NCBI GenBank assembly: GCA_964629755.1
Contig: CAZVSJ010000001.1
Coordinates: forward strand, 6,817-70,816
Length of the DNA stretch: 64,000 nucleotides
Source: an uncultured Oscillospiraceae bacterium
GTDB taxonomy: Bacteria > Bacillota > Clostridia > Oscillospirales > Oscillospiraceae
Direction of reading: 5' to 3'
Shown: piece after piece, positions 54,702 through 62,770 of the stretch
Position numbering within the stretch: the first letter of the stretch is position 1
How the letters are laid out: every line of letters starts with the position of its first letter
Translations under genes and position numbers: made by a program
The notes under the pieces: generated by a model
Databases searched by the model: none
Told to the model about the DNA's origin: nothing
What the model saw: the letters and a program-made list of their open reading frames with translations, nothing else

Positions 54702-56120
54702 ATGGAAAAGCTATTTGGTCTGAAAAAGCACAACACCACCGTCAGAACCGAAATTCTTGCCGGTCTGACAACCTTCATGGCAATGGCCTACATTCTGATG
54801 GTCAACGCGAATATGTTCGCCAATCCGTTCAATGACGGAACCAACGTCCTCGGCGTCAGCTACGGCGCGATCTACATCGCCACGGCGATCTCCGCCGTCG
54901 TCGGTTCCCTGCTCATCGGCTTGCTGGCCAACCTGCCGCTGGCGCAGGCGTCCGGCATGGGTCTGAACGCGTTCTTCGTCTACACCGTCTGCGTCGGCTT
55001 CGGTCTGAGCTACGCGAACGCGCTCGTCCTCGTCCTCGTTGACGGCATCATCTTCATCGTCCTCACCCTCACCGGCCTGCGTAAGAAGATCTTCACCGCC
55101 ATTCCCGACGCAGTGCGCAAGGCGATCCCCGCCGGCATCGGCCTGTTCATCGCCTTCATCGGCCTGCAGAACGCAAAGATCGTCGTTCCCAACAGCAGCA
55201 CCGGCGTTACCCTCGCCTCCTTCAACGTCCTCGGCGGTGTGCCCTGGGCCACCATCATGCCGATGCTCGTCGCCATCATCGCGCTTTGCATCATCGCCGT
55301 TCTCGCCAAGAAGAACGTCCGCGGCTCCGTCCTGTGGGGCATCCTCGGCGGCGCAGTTCTGTACTACGTTCTCGGCTTCATCAGCGTCGAAGGCTTCGCC
55401 GACGGCGTAAAGTCCTCGCTGAATGTCGACTTCGTCGGTCCGTTCAAGGATTTCTTCAACCTCTCCTTCGCCAAGGTCTTCACGGAAGGCTTCAACTTCA
55501 CGCCCTACATTAAGGCCAACGGTGTTGGCAACTTCATCCTGATGTTCTCCACCACCGCGCTCGCCTTCTGCATGGTCGATATGTTCGACACGCTCGGCAC
55601 GCTCTACGGCGCCTGCGCCCGCGGCAATATGCTGACCGAGAAGGGCGAAGTCCCCAACATGGATAAGGCCATGCTCGCCGACGCCATCGCCACCACCACC
55701 GGCGCCATCTGCGGCACCTCCACCGTCACCACCTTTGTCGAGTCCGCTGCCGGCGTCGCCGAGGGCGGCCGCACCGGTCTTGCCGCCGTCTCCACCGCCG
55801 CGCTGTTCTTCATCGCCATGTTCCTCGCGCCCATCGCCGCGCTGATCCCGTCCTGCGCAACGGCCGCCGCGCTGATCTATGTCGGCGTTCTGATGCTCGC
55901 CTGCGTCAAGGATCTCGACTGGCATGATCCCGCGGTCGCTCTGCCGTCCTTCCTGACGATGGCCATGATGCCGTTCACCTACAACATCTCCTTCGGCATC
56001 GCCTTCGGCCTGATCTCTTATGTCATCGTCAAGCTCTGCACGGGCAAGCTCAAGGAGATCAAGATCGGAACCTGGGTCATCACCGTGCTGTTCCTCGTCA
56101 TGCTCTTCCTGACGCACTGA
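54702..56120 (+). CDS. NCS2/AzgA-family guanine/hypoxanthine permease (COG2252)
   Basis: EILAGLTTF, GMGLNAFF, DMFDTLGT, ESAAGVAEGGRTG, PFTYNI. Confidence 0.93.
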   Translation: MEKLFGLKKHNTTVRTEILAGLTTFMAMAYILMVNANMFANPFNDGTNVLGVSYGAIYIATAISAVVGSLLIGLLANLPLAQASGMGLNAFFVYTVCVGFGLSYANALVLVLVDGIIFIVLTLTGLRKKIFTAIPDAVRKAIPAGIGLFIAFIGLQNAKIVVPNSSTGVTLASFNVLGGVPWATIMPMLVAIIALCIIAVLAKKNVRGSVLWGILGGAVLYYVLGFISVEGFADGVKSSLNVDFVGPFKDFFNLSFAKVFTEGFNFTPYIKANGVGNFILMFSTTALAFCMVDMFDTLGTLYGACARGNMLTEKGEVPNMDKAMLADAIATTTGAICGTSTVTTFVESAAGVAEGGRTGLAAVSTAALFFIAMFLAPIAALIPSCATAAALIYVGVLMLACVKDLDWHDPAVALPSFLTMAMMPFTYNISFGIAFGLISYVIVKLCTGKLKEIKIGTWVITVLFLVMLFLTH

Positions 56121-56142
56121 TCCGGCACAACCTACATAATAA

Positions 56143-56181
56143 ACTCCGGCGGACGGCACTCAGCCGTCCGCCGGATTTTTC
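56143..56181 (+). terminator. Intrinsic terminator after the permease
   Basis: TCCGGCGGACGGC...GCCGTCCGCCGGA-TTTTT. Confidence 0.85.
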
Positions 56182-56243
56182 TGTTTTCAAGACTGTCGCT
56201 GCGGGGGGATTCTCTTGGCGGATGCACCTTCCCGGTCGGTTAT

Positions 56244-56645
56244 CTATGGTTTTGCTGTTCCGTAAGCGTATCCGTTGCCGCTAACGCGCTCCATATACCA
56301 TATACCGTCAAAAACCTTGTTTTCCTCTCCGTTGAGAAACATATAGCCGTTCTCATCGTCTACCGCGCCTTGCGTAACAAAAAAGACAATGTCGTTCTCT
56401 TTGCGTATGGACAGTATTCTGATTGACGCATCATATTGCGCAAAAGGAACCTCGGCTATCATCGCTCCGTCTGCGTTATACAGCACAATAACCTTGCCGC
56501 CGACTTCAGCATGGGAAAAATCCCTGTCTGCAAGAAGCCGATTCATCGTATCACAATACTCTGCGGCATCCTTGTTATGCCCCGCGCTGCATCCGGAGAG
56601 CGCGAATATAGATAAGCACAGTAAAATGGCAATCTTCTTTTGCAT
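56244..56645 (-). CDS. Hypothetical lipoprotein
   Basis: MQKKIAILLCLSIFALSGC lipobox; lower GC than neighbours. Confidence 0.7.
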   Translation of the reverse strand: MQKKIAILLCLSIFALSGCSAGHNKDAAEYCDTMNRLLADRDFSHAEVGGKVIVLYNADGAMIAEVPFAQYDASIRILSIRKENDIVFFVTQGAVDDENGYMFLNGEENKVFDGIWYMERVSGNGYAYGTAKP

Positions 56646-56665
56646 ATCGTTCTGTCTCCACTTTT

Positions 56666-56872
56666 TTACGTCTCTTTTCTCCACTCCAGAAGCTCCGCCG
56701 GCTGGCAGTCCAGCGCGGCGCAGAGCTTATCCAGCGTCTCGAAACGGATCGCCCTTGCCTTCCCCGTTTTCAGGATCGAGAGGTTCGCCATCGTGATGCC
56801 GACACGCTCGGACAACTCCGTCAGGCTCATTTTCCGTCTGGCCAGCATCACATCCAGATTGACTACGATCAT
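56666..56872 (-). CDS. Cro/C1-type HTH regulator (YozG-like)
   Basis: LDVMLARRKMSLTEL...NLSILKTGKARAIRF. Confidence 0.92.
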   Translation of the reverse strand: MIVVNLDVMLARRKMSLTELSERVGITMANLSILKTGKARAIRFETLDKLCAALDCQPAELLEWRKET

Positions 56873-56881
56873 GCTATCACC

Positions 56882-57355
56882 TCAAATCGTCAGGTCGTGC
56901 TCTTCCCGCAGGCGCGCAGCCTCCGCAATGAGCTTTGACAGCGTGTTGGCAACCGCCGCGACGATCGCGCCCACAACGCAAACCGCCATCAGCCCGATCG
57001 CAATGCCGGGATGGCTCATGCTGAGCAGGAACAACGTGATATTTCCCACCGCGAAGTAGACCGTGTCCACCGCCGCCAGCCGCGCAACCGCGCGAAGCGA
57101 GGCGGCGTTCTGCGCGCTGAACGCGTTCCCCTTCCCGATCTCGTCCGCAACGCGCCAACCGTAAAACAAAACGCCGTAGCACGGCAGGGCGCTGCCCCAC
57201 AGGAATGCCAGCCAGGGCCAAAACCGGTTGGAAAATTCCGGATATGCGGTGCGCATCGAGAGCGCAAAGAGAGGGATCGCGCCAAAGTACAGCAGCAGGC
57301 CGCACAGCGCCATGCCCGCGACGGACAGCTTCAGCGTCAAAGACAGCTTTTTCAT
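56882..57355 (-). CDS. DUF2975-family membrane protein
   Basis: Four TM helices, AFS.QN, C-terminal EEHDLTI; typical partner of YozG; ATG 57355 behind AAGGAG. Confidence 0.88.
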   Translation of the reverse strand: MKKLSLTLKLSVAGMALCGLLLYFGAIPLFALSMRTAYPEFSNRFWPWLAFLWGSALPCYGVLFYGWRVADEIGKGNAFSAQNAASLRAVARLAAVDTVYFAVGNITLFLLSMSHPGIAIGLMAVCVVGAIVAAVANTLSKLIAEAARLREEHDLTI

Positions 57356-57421
57356 ATTGCTCGCTCCTTTTTCCAAGATACCCAGAGTATAGCACAATAA
57401 TTTTCGATTGTCAATATATTT

Positions 57422-57438
57422 TTATCGTTTTTCGATAA
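57422..57438. promoter_or_regulatory. Palindromic operator for the YozG-like regulator
   Basis: TTATCG-N5-CGATAA next to a minus-strand TTGACA...TATACT promoter. Confidence 0.65.
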
Positions 57439-57448
57439 TTTCTTGAGT

Positions 57449-57483
57449 GCTTTTTACCCCCGGGGAGTCCCGGGGGTAAAAGC
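57449..57483. terminator. Hairpin/terminator after the cytidylate-kinase-like gene
   Basis: TTTTACCCCCGGG-GAGT-CCCGGGGGTAAAA. Confidence 0.75.
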
Positions 57484-58077
57484 TCATTTGCACGCCTGCA
57501 CGATCAGCTCCGCGCAGGTCTCGATGCCAAGCGCGCCGCTGTTGAGGCAGATGTCATAATTCTGCGCCTGTCCCCAGTTGCGGCCCGTATAGTTTTTGTA
57601 ATAGACCTTGCGCTTCTGGTCCTTCTCGGTGAGGCGCTTTTCGGGCGACTTGTCGCACTCGCCGTAGCGCTCGACAATGCGCTTTGCGCGGCTTTCCATG
57701 TCGGCGTGGATGTAGACGTTCAGGCAGTCCTTGCGGTCGCGGAGGATGAAGTCCGCACAGCGGCCGACGATCACACACTCCCCCTCGGCGGCGATCTCTT
57801 CGATGATCTTCGTCTGCTCGATATACAGACGGTCGTGCATGGACAATCCGTCGGCAGAATACTGGCTCGCCGTGGCGAGCGCAAAGAGCAGGCTGCTGCG
57901 CGCGCTGGCATATTCGCCGCTTTCCTCGATGAACTCCGGCGAGAAGCCGCTGCGCTGCGCGACCTTGTTGACCAACTCACTGTCAAAAAAGCGATAGCCG
58001 AGTTTTTCCGCAACGAGCTTGCCGATGCTGCGCCCGCCGCTGCCGAATTCCCGGCTGATGGTGATGATTCGCTTCAT
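57484..58077 (-). CDS. Cytidylate kinase-like family protein
   Basis: IITISREFGSGG, VIVGRCAD, YDICLNS. Confidence 0.9.
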   Translation of the reverse strand: MKRIITISREFGSGGRSIGKLVAEKLGYRFFDSELVNKVAQRSGFSPEFIEESGEYASARSSLLFALATASQYSADGLSMHDRLYIEQTKIIEEIAAEGECVIVGRCADFILRDRKDCLNVYIHADMESRAKRIVERYGECDKSPEKRLTEKDQKRKVYYKNYTGRNWGQAQNYDICLNSGALGIETCAELIVQACK

Positions 58078-58149
58078 TGGAAATCCCCCCTTGATTCTTT
58101 CCTGCTTCTATTATATCACGCGCCGCGAAAATCGCAAAACTTTTTTTCG

Positions 58150-58860
58150 TCAATTCATTCTATGGCGCAATTCTTCCCGCAATTCCGCGAAGCCGCCGTG
58201 CGGAGTGTCGTCCAGCGGGCGGTTCTTCGGGTTGATGAGGCAGGGCGTGAGCAGGAAGACCGGCAGGCCGAGCTCCGCCGCGGCCAGATCCTCCACGGCG
58301 TCGTTGCCGACCACGAGGCACTCCTCCGGCCTGCAGCCAATCTCCGCCAGAATATCCGCAAAATAGGCGGGATTGGGCTTGCAATGGCAGGAATTTTCAT
58401 AGGTCGTGATATACTCGAAATCCTCCGGGCACAGCCCCGCCCAGCCGATGCGCGCACGCGTCGCCACGGCGGGGAAGATCGGATTCGTCGCCAGCACACG
58501 GCGGATGCCGTTGGCCTTCAAAAAATCGACCGTCTCCGCCGCCTCCGGCGCAAAGCCGCAGGCGCTTTTGGCGAGGTTGAAATCCGTCGCATAGAATTCC
58601 TCAAACACCTTCTCATGCGCCCGCGCCTGCTCGCCAAAGATGCCCGCGAAGACGTCCCAGAAAACCTCACAGTTCATTTTCGCGCCGTCGTTCTGCACCA
58701 TCGCGGCGGTGCCCTTCCACAGCGCGTCGACGAGGGGCTTTGGCTCGTAGCCGTAGGGCGCGGCGAATTTCGCCAGATAGCCGAAATACGCCCGCACGAA
58801 ATCCTCCTGCACCATCGGCAGCAGCGTCCCATCCAGATCAAACAGTACCGTTTTCAGCAT
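58150..58860 (-). CDS. HAD-superfamily hydrolase
   Basis: FDLDGTL, ATNP, KP, VGND. Confidence 0.9.
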   Translation of the reverse strand: MLKTVLFDLDGTLLPMVQEDFVRAYFGYLAKFAAPYGYEPKPLVDALWKGTAAMVQNDGAKMNCEVFWDVFAGIFGEQARAHEKVFEEFYATDFNLAKSACGFAPEAAETVDFLKANGIRRVLATNPIFPAVATRARIGWAGLCPEDFEYITTYENSCHCKPNPAYFADILAEIGCRPEECLVVGNDAVEDLAAAELGLPVFLLTPCLINPKNRPLDDTPHGGFAELREELRHRMN

Positions 58861-58925
58861 TTTTCCACGCTCCAAGCTCTTTTCTTCATAGTATACCACG
58901 CGACAACGGATTTGGAAAGCGTTTT

Positions 58926-59366
58926 TTACATCGTGCGGATCACCCCGCAGGCGATTTTTTCGCCGGCGTTGCCCGAGGGCTGGGTATGGAAATCGTCCGG
59001 CTGCGCGTGGATCACCACCGTTTTTCCGAGGATGTCGCAGACGGAAAAGCGGTTTGTGAGTACGCGCAGCTCAGCCCTCCCGCCGCACGAGAGCAGCGGC
59101 GGCAGGTCGCCCGCGTGCCGTGGGTGGTCGCGCCCGCGCGGATTAAAGTGGCTCCCGGTATTCGGAAAGCCCACGCCGCAGCAGTCGCCGCCCTCATGGA
59201 TATGGAAGGCGAAGAAGCCTGTCTCCGTGTCGGGCAGGCCGCAGATCTCCGCGACAACGAGCGTTGCGCAGCCGCGCGGGAAGAATTTGACCGTTCCGCG
59301 CAGCTCCGGGTGGGCTGCGCCGCCGCATACAAGGGCGATCGCGCCCGAAAGGCCATGCTTTGTCAT
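58926..59366 (-). CDS. sodC: Cu/Zn superoxide dismutase family protein without signal peptide
   Basis: FHIHE, HFNP, HPRHAGDLP, VIH, GNAG...ACGVI. Confidence 0.9.
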   Translation of the reverse strand: MTKHGLSGAIALVCGGAAHPELRGTVKFFPRGCATLVVAEICGLPDTETGFFAFHIHEGGDCCGVGFPNTGSHFNPRGRDHPRHAGDLPPLLSCGGRAELRVLTNRFSVCDILGKTVVIHAQPDDFHTQPSGNAGEKIACGVIRTM

Positions 59367-59477
59367 AAAAGATCACCTCGTCACAGGCTATGCGCGCCCG
59401 CAGCGCTTCGTGACCCCTATCAAAAAAAGCAAAACCCGCCCGTGCGGAACGCACGGACGGGAAAACAGCACAGGAAA

Positions 59478-59831
59478 TTACAGTGCCTTCTTCGCGGTTT
59501 CGACGAGGGCGGCGAACGCAGCGCTGTCGTTGATGGCCATCTCGGACAGGCTCTTGCGGTTCATCTCGATGCCGGCCTTCTTCAGACCGTTCATGAAACG
59601 GGAGTAGTTCATATCGTAGGGCTTGACAGCGGCGGAGATACGAGCGATCCACAGACGGCGGAAATCGCGCTTCTTCTGCTTGCGGCCGATGTAGGCGTAA
59701 ACGCCGGACTTCTTGACCGCCTGCTTTGCCATCTTAAAGTGCGTGGACTTGGAGCCCCAGTAGGACTTCGCCAGCTTCAGAACCTTATTTCTTCTCTTGC
59801 GCGTCATCATCGCGCCTTTCACTCTTGCCAT
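59478..59831 (-). CDS. rplT: 50S ribosomal protein L20
   Basis: [25 protein letters not shown]. Confidence 0.98.
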   Translation of the reverse strand: MARVKGAMMTRKRRNKVLKLAKSYWGSKSTHFKMAKQAVKKSGVYAYIGRKQKKRDFRRLWIARISAAVKPYDMNYSRFMNGLKKAGIEMNRKSLSEMAINDSAAFAALVETAKKAL

Positions 59832-59851
59832 CTTTCTATCCTCCTATCCGA

Positions 59852-60049
59852 TTATTTGTACGGAATCATCTTTTTGATGGCTTCCGTATTGGTGACATCC
59901 GCGTAGGTCGTGCTTCTCAGGCGACGGCCGCGCTTGGTGTCCTTCTTGGTGAGGATATGGCTCTTGAAAGCGTGCGCTCTCTTGACCTTACCGGTCTTGG
60001 TGAGATTGAATCTCTTCTTTGCACCGCTGTGGGTCTTCAGTTTCGGCAT
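59852..60049 (-). CDS. rpmI: 50S ribosomal protein L35
   Basis: [14 protein letters not shown]. Confidence 0.98.
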   Translation of the reverse strand: MPKLKTHSGAKKRFNLTKTGKVKRAHAFKSHILTKKDTKRGRRLRSTTYADVTNTEAIKKMIPYK

Positions 60050-60067
60050 GGTTCTTCTCCTTTGTAA

Positions 60068-60586
60068 TTATTTTGCATTTTTCGGTGACAGGAAGATCGA
60101 CATATTTCTGCCATCGAGCTTGGGTTTCTTTTCCATATTTGCCGCCTCGGCGCACCCTTCGCCAAACCGGATCAAAAGCTGCTCGCCGATTTCGGTATGC
60201 GCCATCTCGCGGCCGCGGAAGCGCACAGTGACCTTAACGCGATTGCCTTCCTTGAGGAATTTCAGCGCGTTGCGCATCTTGGTATTGAAATCGTTGGTAT
60301 CGATGCCGGGAGACATACGGATCTCCTTGATCTCGACGACACGCTGGTTCTTTTTGCCTTCCTTCTCGCGCTTGAGCTGGTCAAAGCGGAACTTGCCGTA
60401 GTCCATGATCTTGCACACGGGCGGCACGGCGTTCGGGGAGATCTTGACGAGGTCAAGCTCCTGTTCCTCCGCCATTTTAAGCGCGGCCTCGGAGGAAACA
60501 ATGCCGAGCATTGCGCCGTCCGCACCGATCAGGCGGATCTCCTTGTCCCGAATCTCTTCGTTGAGCTGATGATCTAATTTGCCGAT
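60068..60586 (-). CDS. infC: Translation initiation factor IF-3, non-canonical ATC start
   Basis: Frame extends 5' of the track call: GGAGG-N9-ATC GGC AAA TTA GAT CAT CAG CTC AAC GAA GAG ATT CGG (..LNEEIR); PPVCKIMDYGK, FRGRE. Confidence 0.93.
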   Translation of the reverse strand: MGKLDHQLNEEIRDKEIRLIGADGAMLGIVSSEAALKMAEEQELDLVKISPNAVPPVCKIMDYGKFRFDQLKREKEGKKNQRVVEIKEIRMSPGIDTNDFNTKMRNALKFLKEGNRVKVTVRFRGREMAHTEIGEQLLIRFGEGCAEAANMEKKPKLDGRNMSIFLSPKNAK

Positions 60587-60611
60587 GGTAAAGCACCTCC
60601 ATTACAACGAC

Positions 60612-60727
60612 AAAAATGCGGATGCCGACAGCACCCGCAACCGAAAGACACGCAGAATTAGCGTGGGACATTCGATATAAAACCTTTTTGCTTTCGCGGA
60701 AGGTGAGGCGGGCAGACGGCCTTCTTT
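60612..60727 (-). promoter_or_regulatory. L20 leader (infC-rpmI-rplT attenuator)
   Basis: Minus strand AAGAAG...CCCGCCTCACCTT, ending in terminator TGCGGGTGC...GCATCCGCA-TTTTT. Confidence 0.75.
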
Positions 60728-60867
60728 GTTTTGCCTGAATAGTATACCATCCGGAAAGCTCCGTGTCAAGTGCTTTTTACAGACTTTTTCTGCAAATATT
60801 CTTTTCAAATCGCCAAAAATGTGGTATGATGGCAGCAAGGGAGGATCATCACGAAAGGAGTTTTCCG

Positions 60868-61659
60868 ATGAAACGTCTATTTTGCCTGATTTTGGCGCTG
60901 TGCCTGCTGGCCTTGTCCGCCTGCGGCACGAAAACGCCTGCGCCTACGGAATCGACGGCGCCGTCTTCCTCCTCGACCGAGGCCACCACCGAACCAACGA
61001 CCGAGACGACCACCGAATCCACCACGGAGCCGACCACCGAGCCTGCGCCGCAGGCGGCTTACGAGCTTGGGCTGTGCAGCGCAAGCACCTACCGCGACGA
61101 CAGCGGCGCGATCTGGGCCATGGGCCTTGCCGAGATCGTCAACACCGGCGAAAAGCCCCTGTTTTTGGACTACGGCGCGTTCGATGTGACGGATGCCAAC
61201 GGCAACGCCGTCCTGTCCGTCAGCTCTGTCGCCGCCTATCCGCAGGTCATCCTGCCCGGCGAACGCGGCTACTATTTTGAGGTCTTTGAGCCGGGTCTGC
61301 CCGACACGCAGGCGCTCTCCCTGACCGTCACGCCCGACATCCGTGAGGCGACGGTCGACGCCGTGCGCTATGAGGTCACGGAAACGCAGCTTCGCAATTC
61401 GCCCTACGGCGGCCTGGAGCTGACCGGTCTTGTAAAAAACACGTCGGAGCAGAACGGCGAGCTGGTCTGCATCGCCGCGATCCTGCTGGGCAAGGACGGT
61501 GCGCCGCTCGGCATCCTGACGAATATCCTGACCGAGACGCTGAAAGCCGGCGCGCAGGTCGAATTTTCCGCCGAGAGCTTTATGCTTCCGCCGGATCTGA
61601 AGGTGTCGCAGGTCGACGAGCTTGTGATCTACGCCTACCCGCTGCAGGAGCAGCCATAA
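60868..61659 (+). CDS. Lipoprotein with Thr/Glu/Pro linker and two FxLYD-like Ig domains
   Basis: Lipobox LALSAC; TTEP repeats; GLAEIVNTG and TGLVKNTS...LLGKDG repeats. Confidence 0.75.
   Translation: MKRLFCLILALCLLALSACGTKTPAPTESTAPSSSSTEATTEPTTETTTESTTEPTTEPAPQAAYELGLCSASTYRDDSGAIWAMGLAEIVNTGEKPLFLDYGAFDVTDANGNAVLSVSSVAAYPQVILPGERGYYFEVFEPGLPDTQALSLTVTPDIREATVDAVRYEVTETQLRNSPYGGLELTGLVKNTSEQNGELVCIAAILLGKDGAPLGILTNILTETLKAGAQVEFSAESFMLPPDLKVSQVDELVIYAYPLQEQP
60984..61043 (+). repeat. Degenerate 12-bp tandem repeat encoding TTE(P/T/S) x5
   Basis: ACCACCGAACCA ACGACCGAGACG ACCACCGAATCC ACCACGGAGCCG ACCACCGAGCCT. Confidence 0.7.
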
Positions 61660-61681
61660 CAAAGGAGGTGCCGAACGGCAC

Positions 61682-62446
61682 ATGAAGGAACTGCCGATTG
61701 CGGTGTTCGATTCCGGGCTGGGCGGGCTGAGCGTCCTGCGGGAGCTGACCCGGCAAATGCCGCAGGAACATTTTCTCTATTTCGGCGACTCCGCCAACGC
61801 GCCTTACGGCTCACGCAGCACCGAGGAGATCCGCGCGCTGACGCTGCATAACGCGGAGCTGCTTTTTGCGCAGGGCTGCAAGGCGCTGGTCGTCGCCTGC
61901 AACACGGCGACCTCCGCGGCGATCAACGACCTGCGTCAGCGCTATCCCGACCGGATCATCGTCGGCATCGAGCCCGCGCTGAAGCTGGCCGTCACGCGCC
62001 ATCCGCACGGAAAGATCCTCGTCATGGCGACGGAGGCGACCCTCCGAGAGCAGAAGTTTGCCGCGCTGATGGAAAAGTACGCGGACGATTGCGTGATCTG
62101 CAAGTGTCCGTGTCCCGCGCTGGTGGAGTTCGTCGAGCGCGGCGAGCTGCACGGCGTGCGCCTGCGCGACTGCCTGCACGACGAGTTGGACGCTTTTCTT
62201 GCACCCGCGCCCGACGCGGTCGTCCTCGGCTGCACGCACTTTCCGTTTCTGCGTCAGGCCATTTCTGAGGTCGTGGGCGGCACTACCGAGCTGCTCGACG
62301 GCGCGGACGGCACCGCGAAGGAGACGAAACGCCGCCTTGCCGAGGCCGGTCTGCTGCGCGAGGGCACACAGGGCAGCGTCTCCCTTCGGAACAGCCTGTC
62401 CTCGCAGGAGATCCTGCGTCTGTCCGAGCAGCTTCTCAACGCATAA
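61682..62446 (+). CDS. murI: Glutamate racemase
   Basis: FDSGLGG, PYG, ACNTA, LGCTHF. Confidence 0.97.
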   Translation: MKELPIAVFDSGLGGLSVLRELTRQMPQEHFLYFGDSANAPYGSRSTEEIRALTLHNAELLFAQGCKALVVACNTATSAAINDLRQRYPDRIIVGIEPALKLAVTRHPHGKILVMATEATLREQKFAALMEKYADDCVICKCPCPALVEFVERGELHGVRLRDCLHDELDAFLAPAPDAVVLGCTHFPFLRQAISEVVGGTTELLDGADGTAKETKRRLAEAGLLREGTQGSVSLRNSLSSQEILRLSEQLLNA

Positions 62447-62449
62447 AAC

Positions 62450-62759
62450 AAGCAGAGCCGATTCCTCGGCTCTGCTCTCAGACTGTCAAAAAGTCCGTAA
62501 TCGTCAAAATCAGTTCACGATTTTGGCATATTCCATGATTTGAAGTTCTTTCAAAGCGCTCGGATTTTCCAAACTAATTATGTTGGATTGTTCTTGCTTT
62601 GCAAGGATTTTGACTTCCGTCGCAACTCGCGCCCTACCGTACCTTTGTACGCCGACGTGCGCGAGTTGCTCGGCTTTCGAACTTTTTGACAGCCTGCCAG
62701 CGTGTCGAAAAGCTTTTTTCGACACGCTGCAAGCAGAGCCGCACACGCGGCTCTGCTCT
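62450..62759. repeat. Duplicated terminator hairpin flanking the MITE-like element
   Basis: AAGCAGAGCCG-ATTCCT-CGGCTCTGCTCT (62450-62478) and AAGCAGAGCCG-CACACG-CGGCTCTGCTCT (62731-62759). Confidence 0.85.
62479..62696. mobile_element. MITE-like non-coding element (218 bp) with 16-bp terminal inverted repeats
   Basis: CAGACTGTCAAAAAGT (62479-62494) vs ACTTTTTGACAGCCTG (62681-62696), 15/16 complementary; lower-GC interior; no transposase. Confidence 0.65.
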
Positions 62760-62770
62760 TTTTTGAAAAA

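Noticed and set aside
54711-56159. 482-aa ORF antisense to the NCS2 permease
   Set aside because: Composition (D/E/G/H-rich) is what the reverse complement of a hydrophobic GC-rich gene gives
56877-57395. Alternative-frame 172-aa ORF over the DUF2975 gene
   Set aside because: Arg/Ala-rich off-frame translation; the other frame matches the DUF2975 pattern and has an RBS
57706-59607. 633-aa plus-strand ORF across four minus-strand genes
   Set aside because: Overlaps well-supported genes on the opposite strand; no motifs
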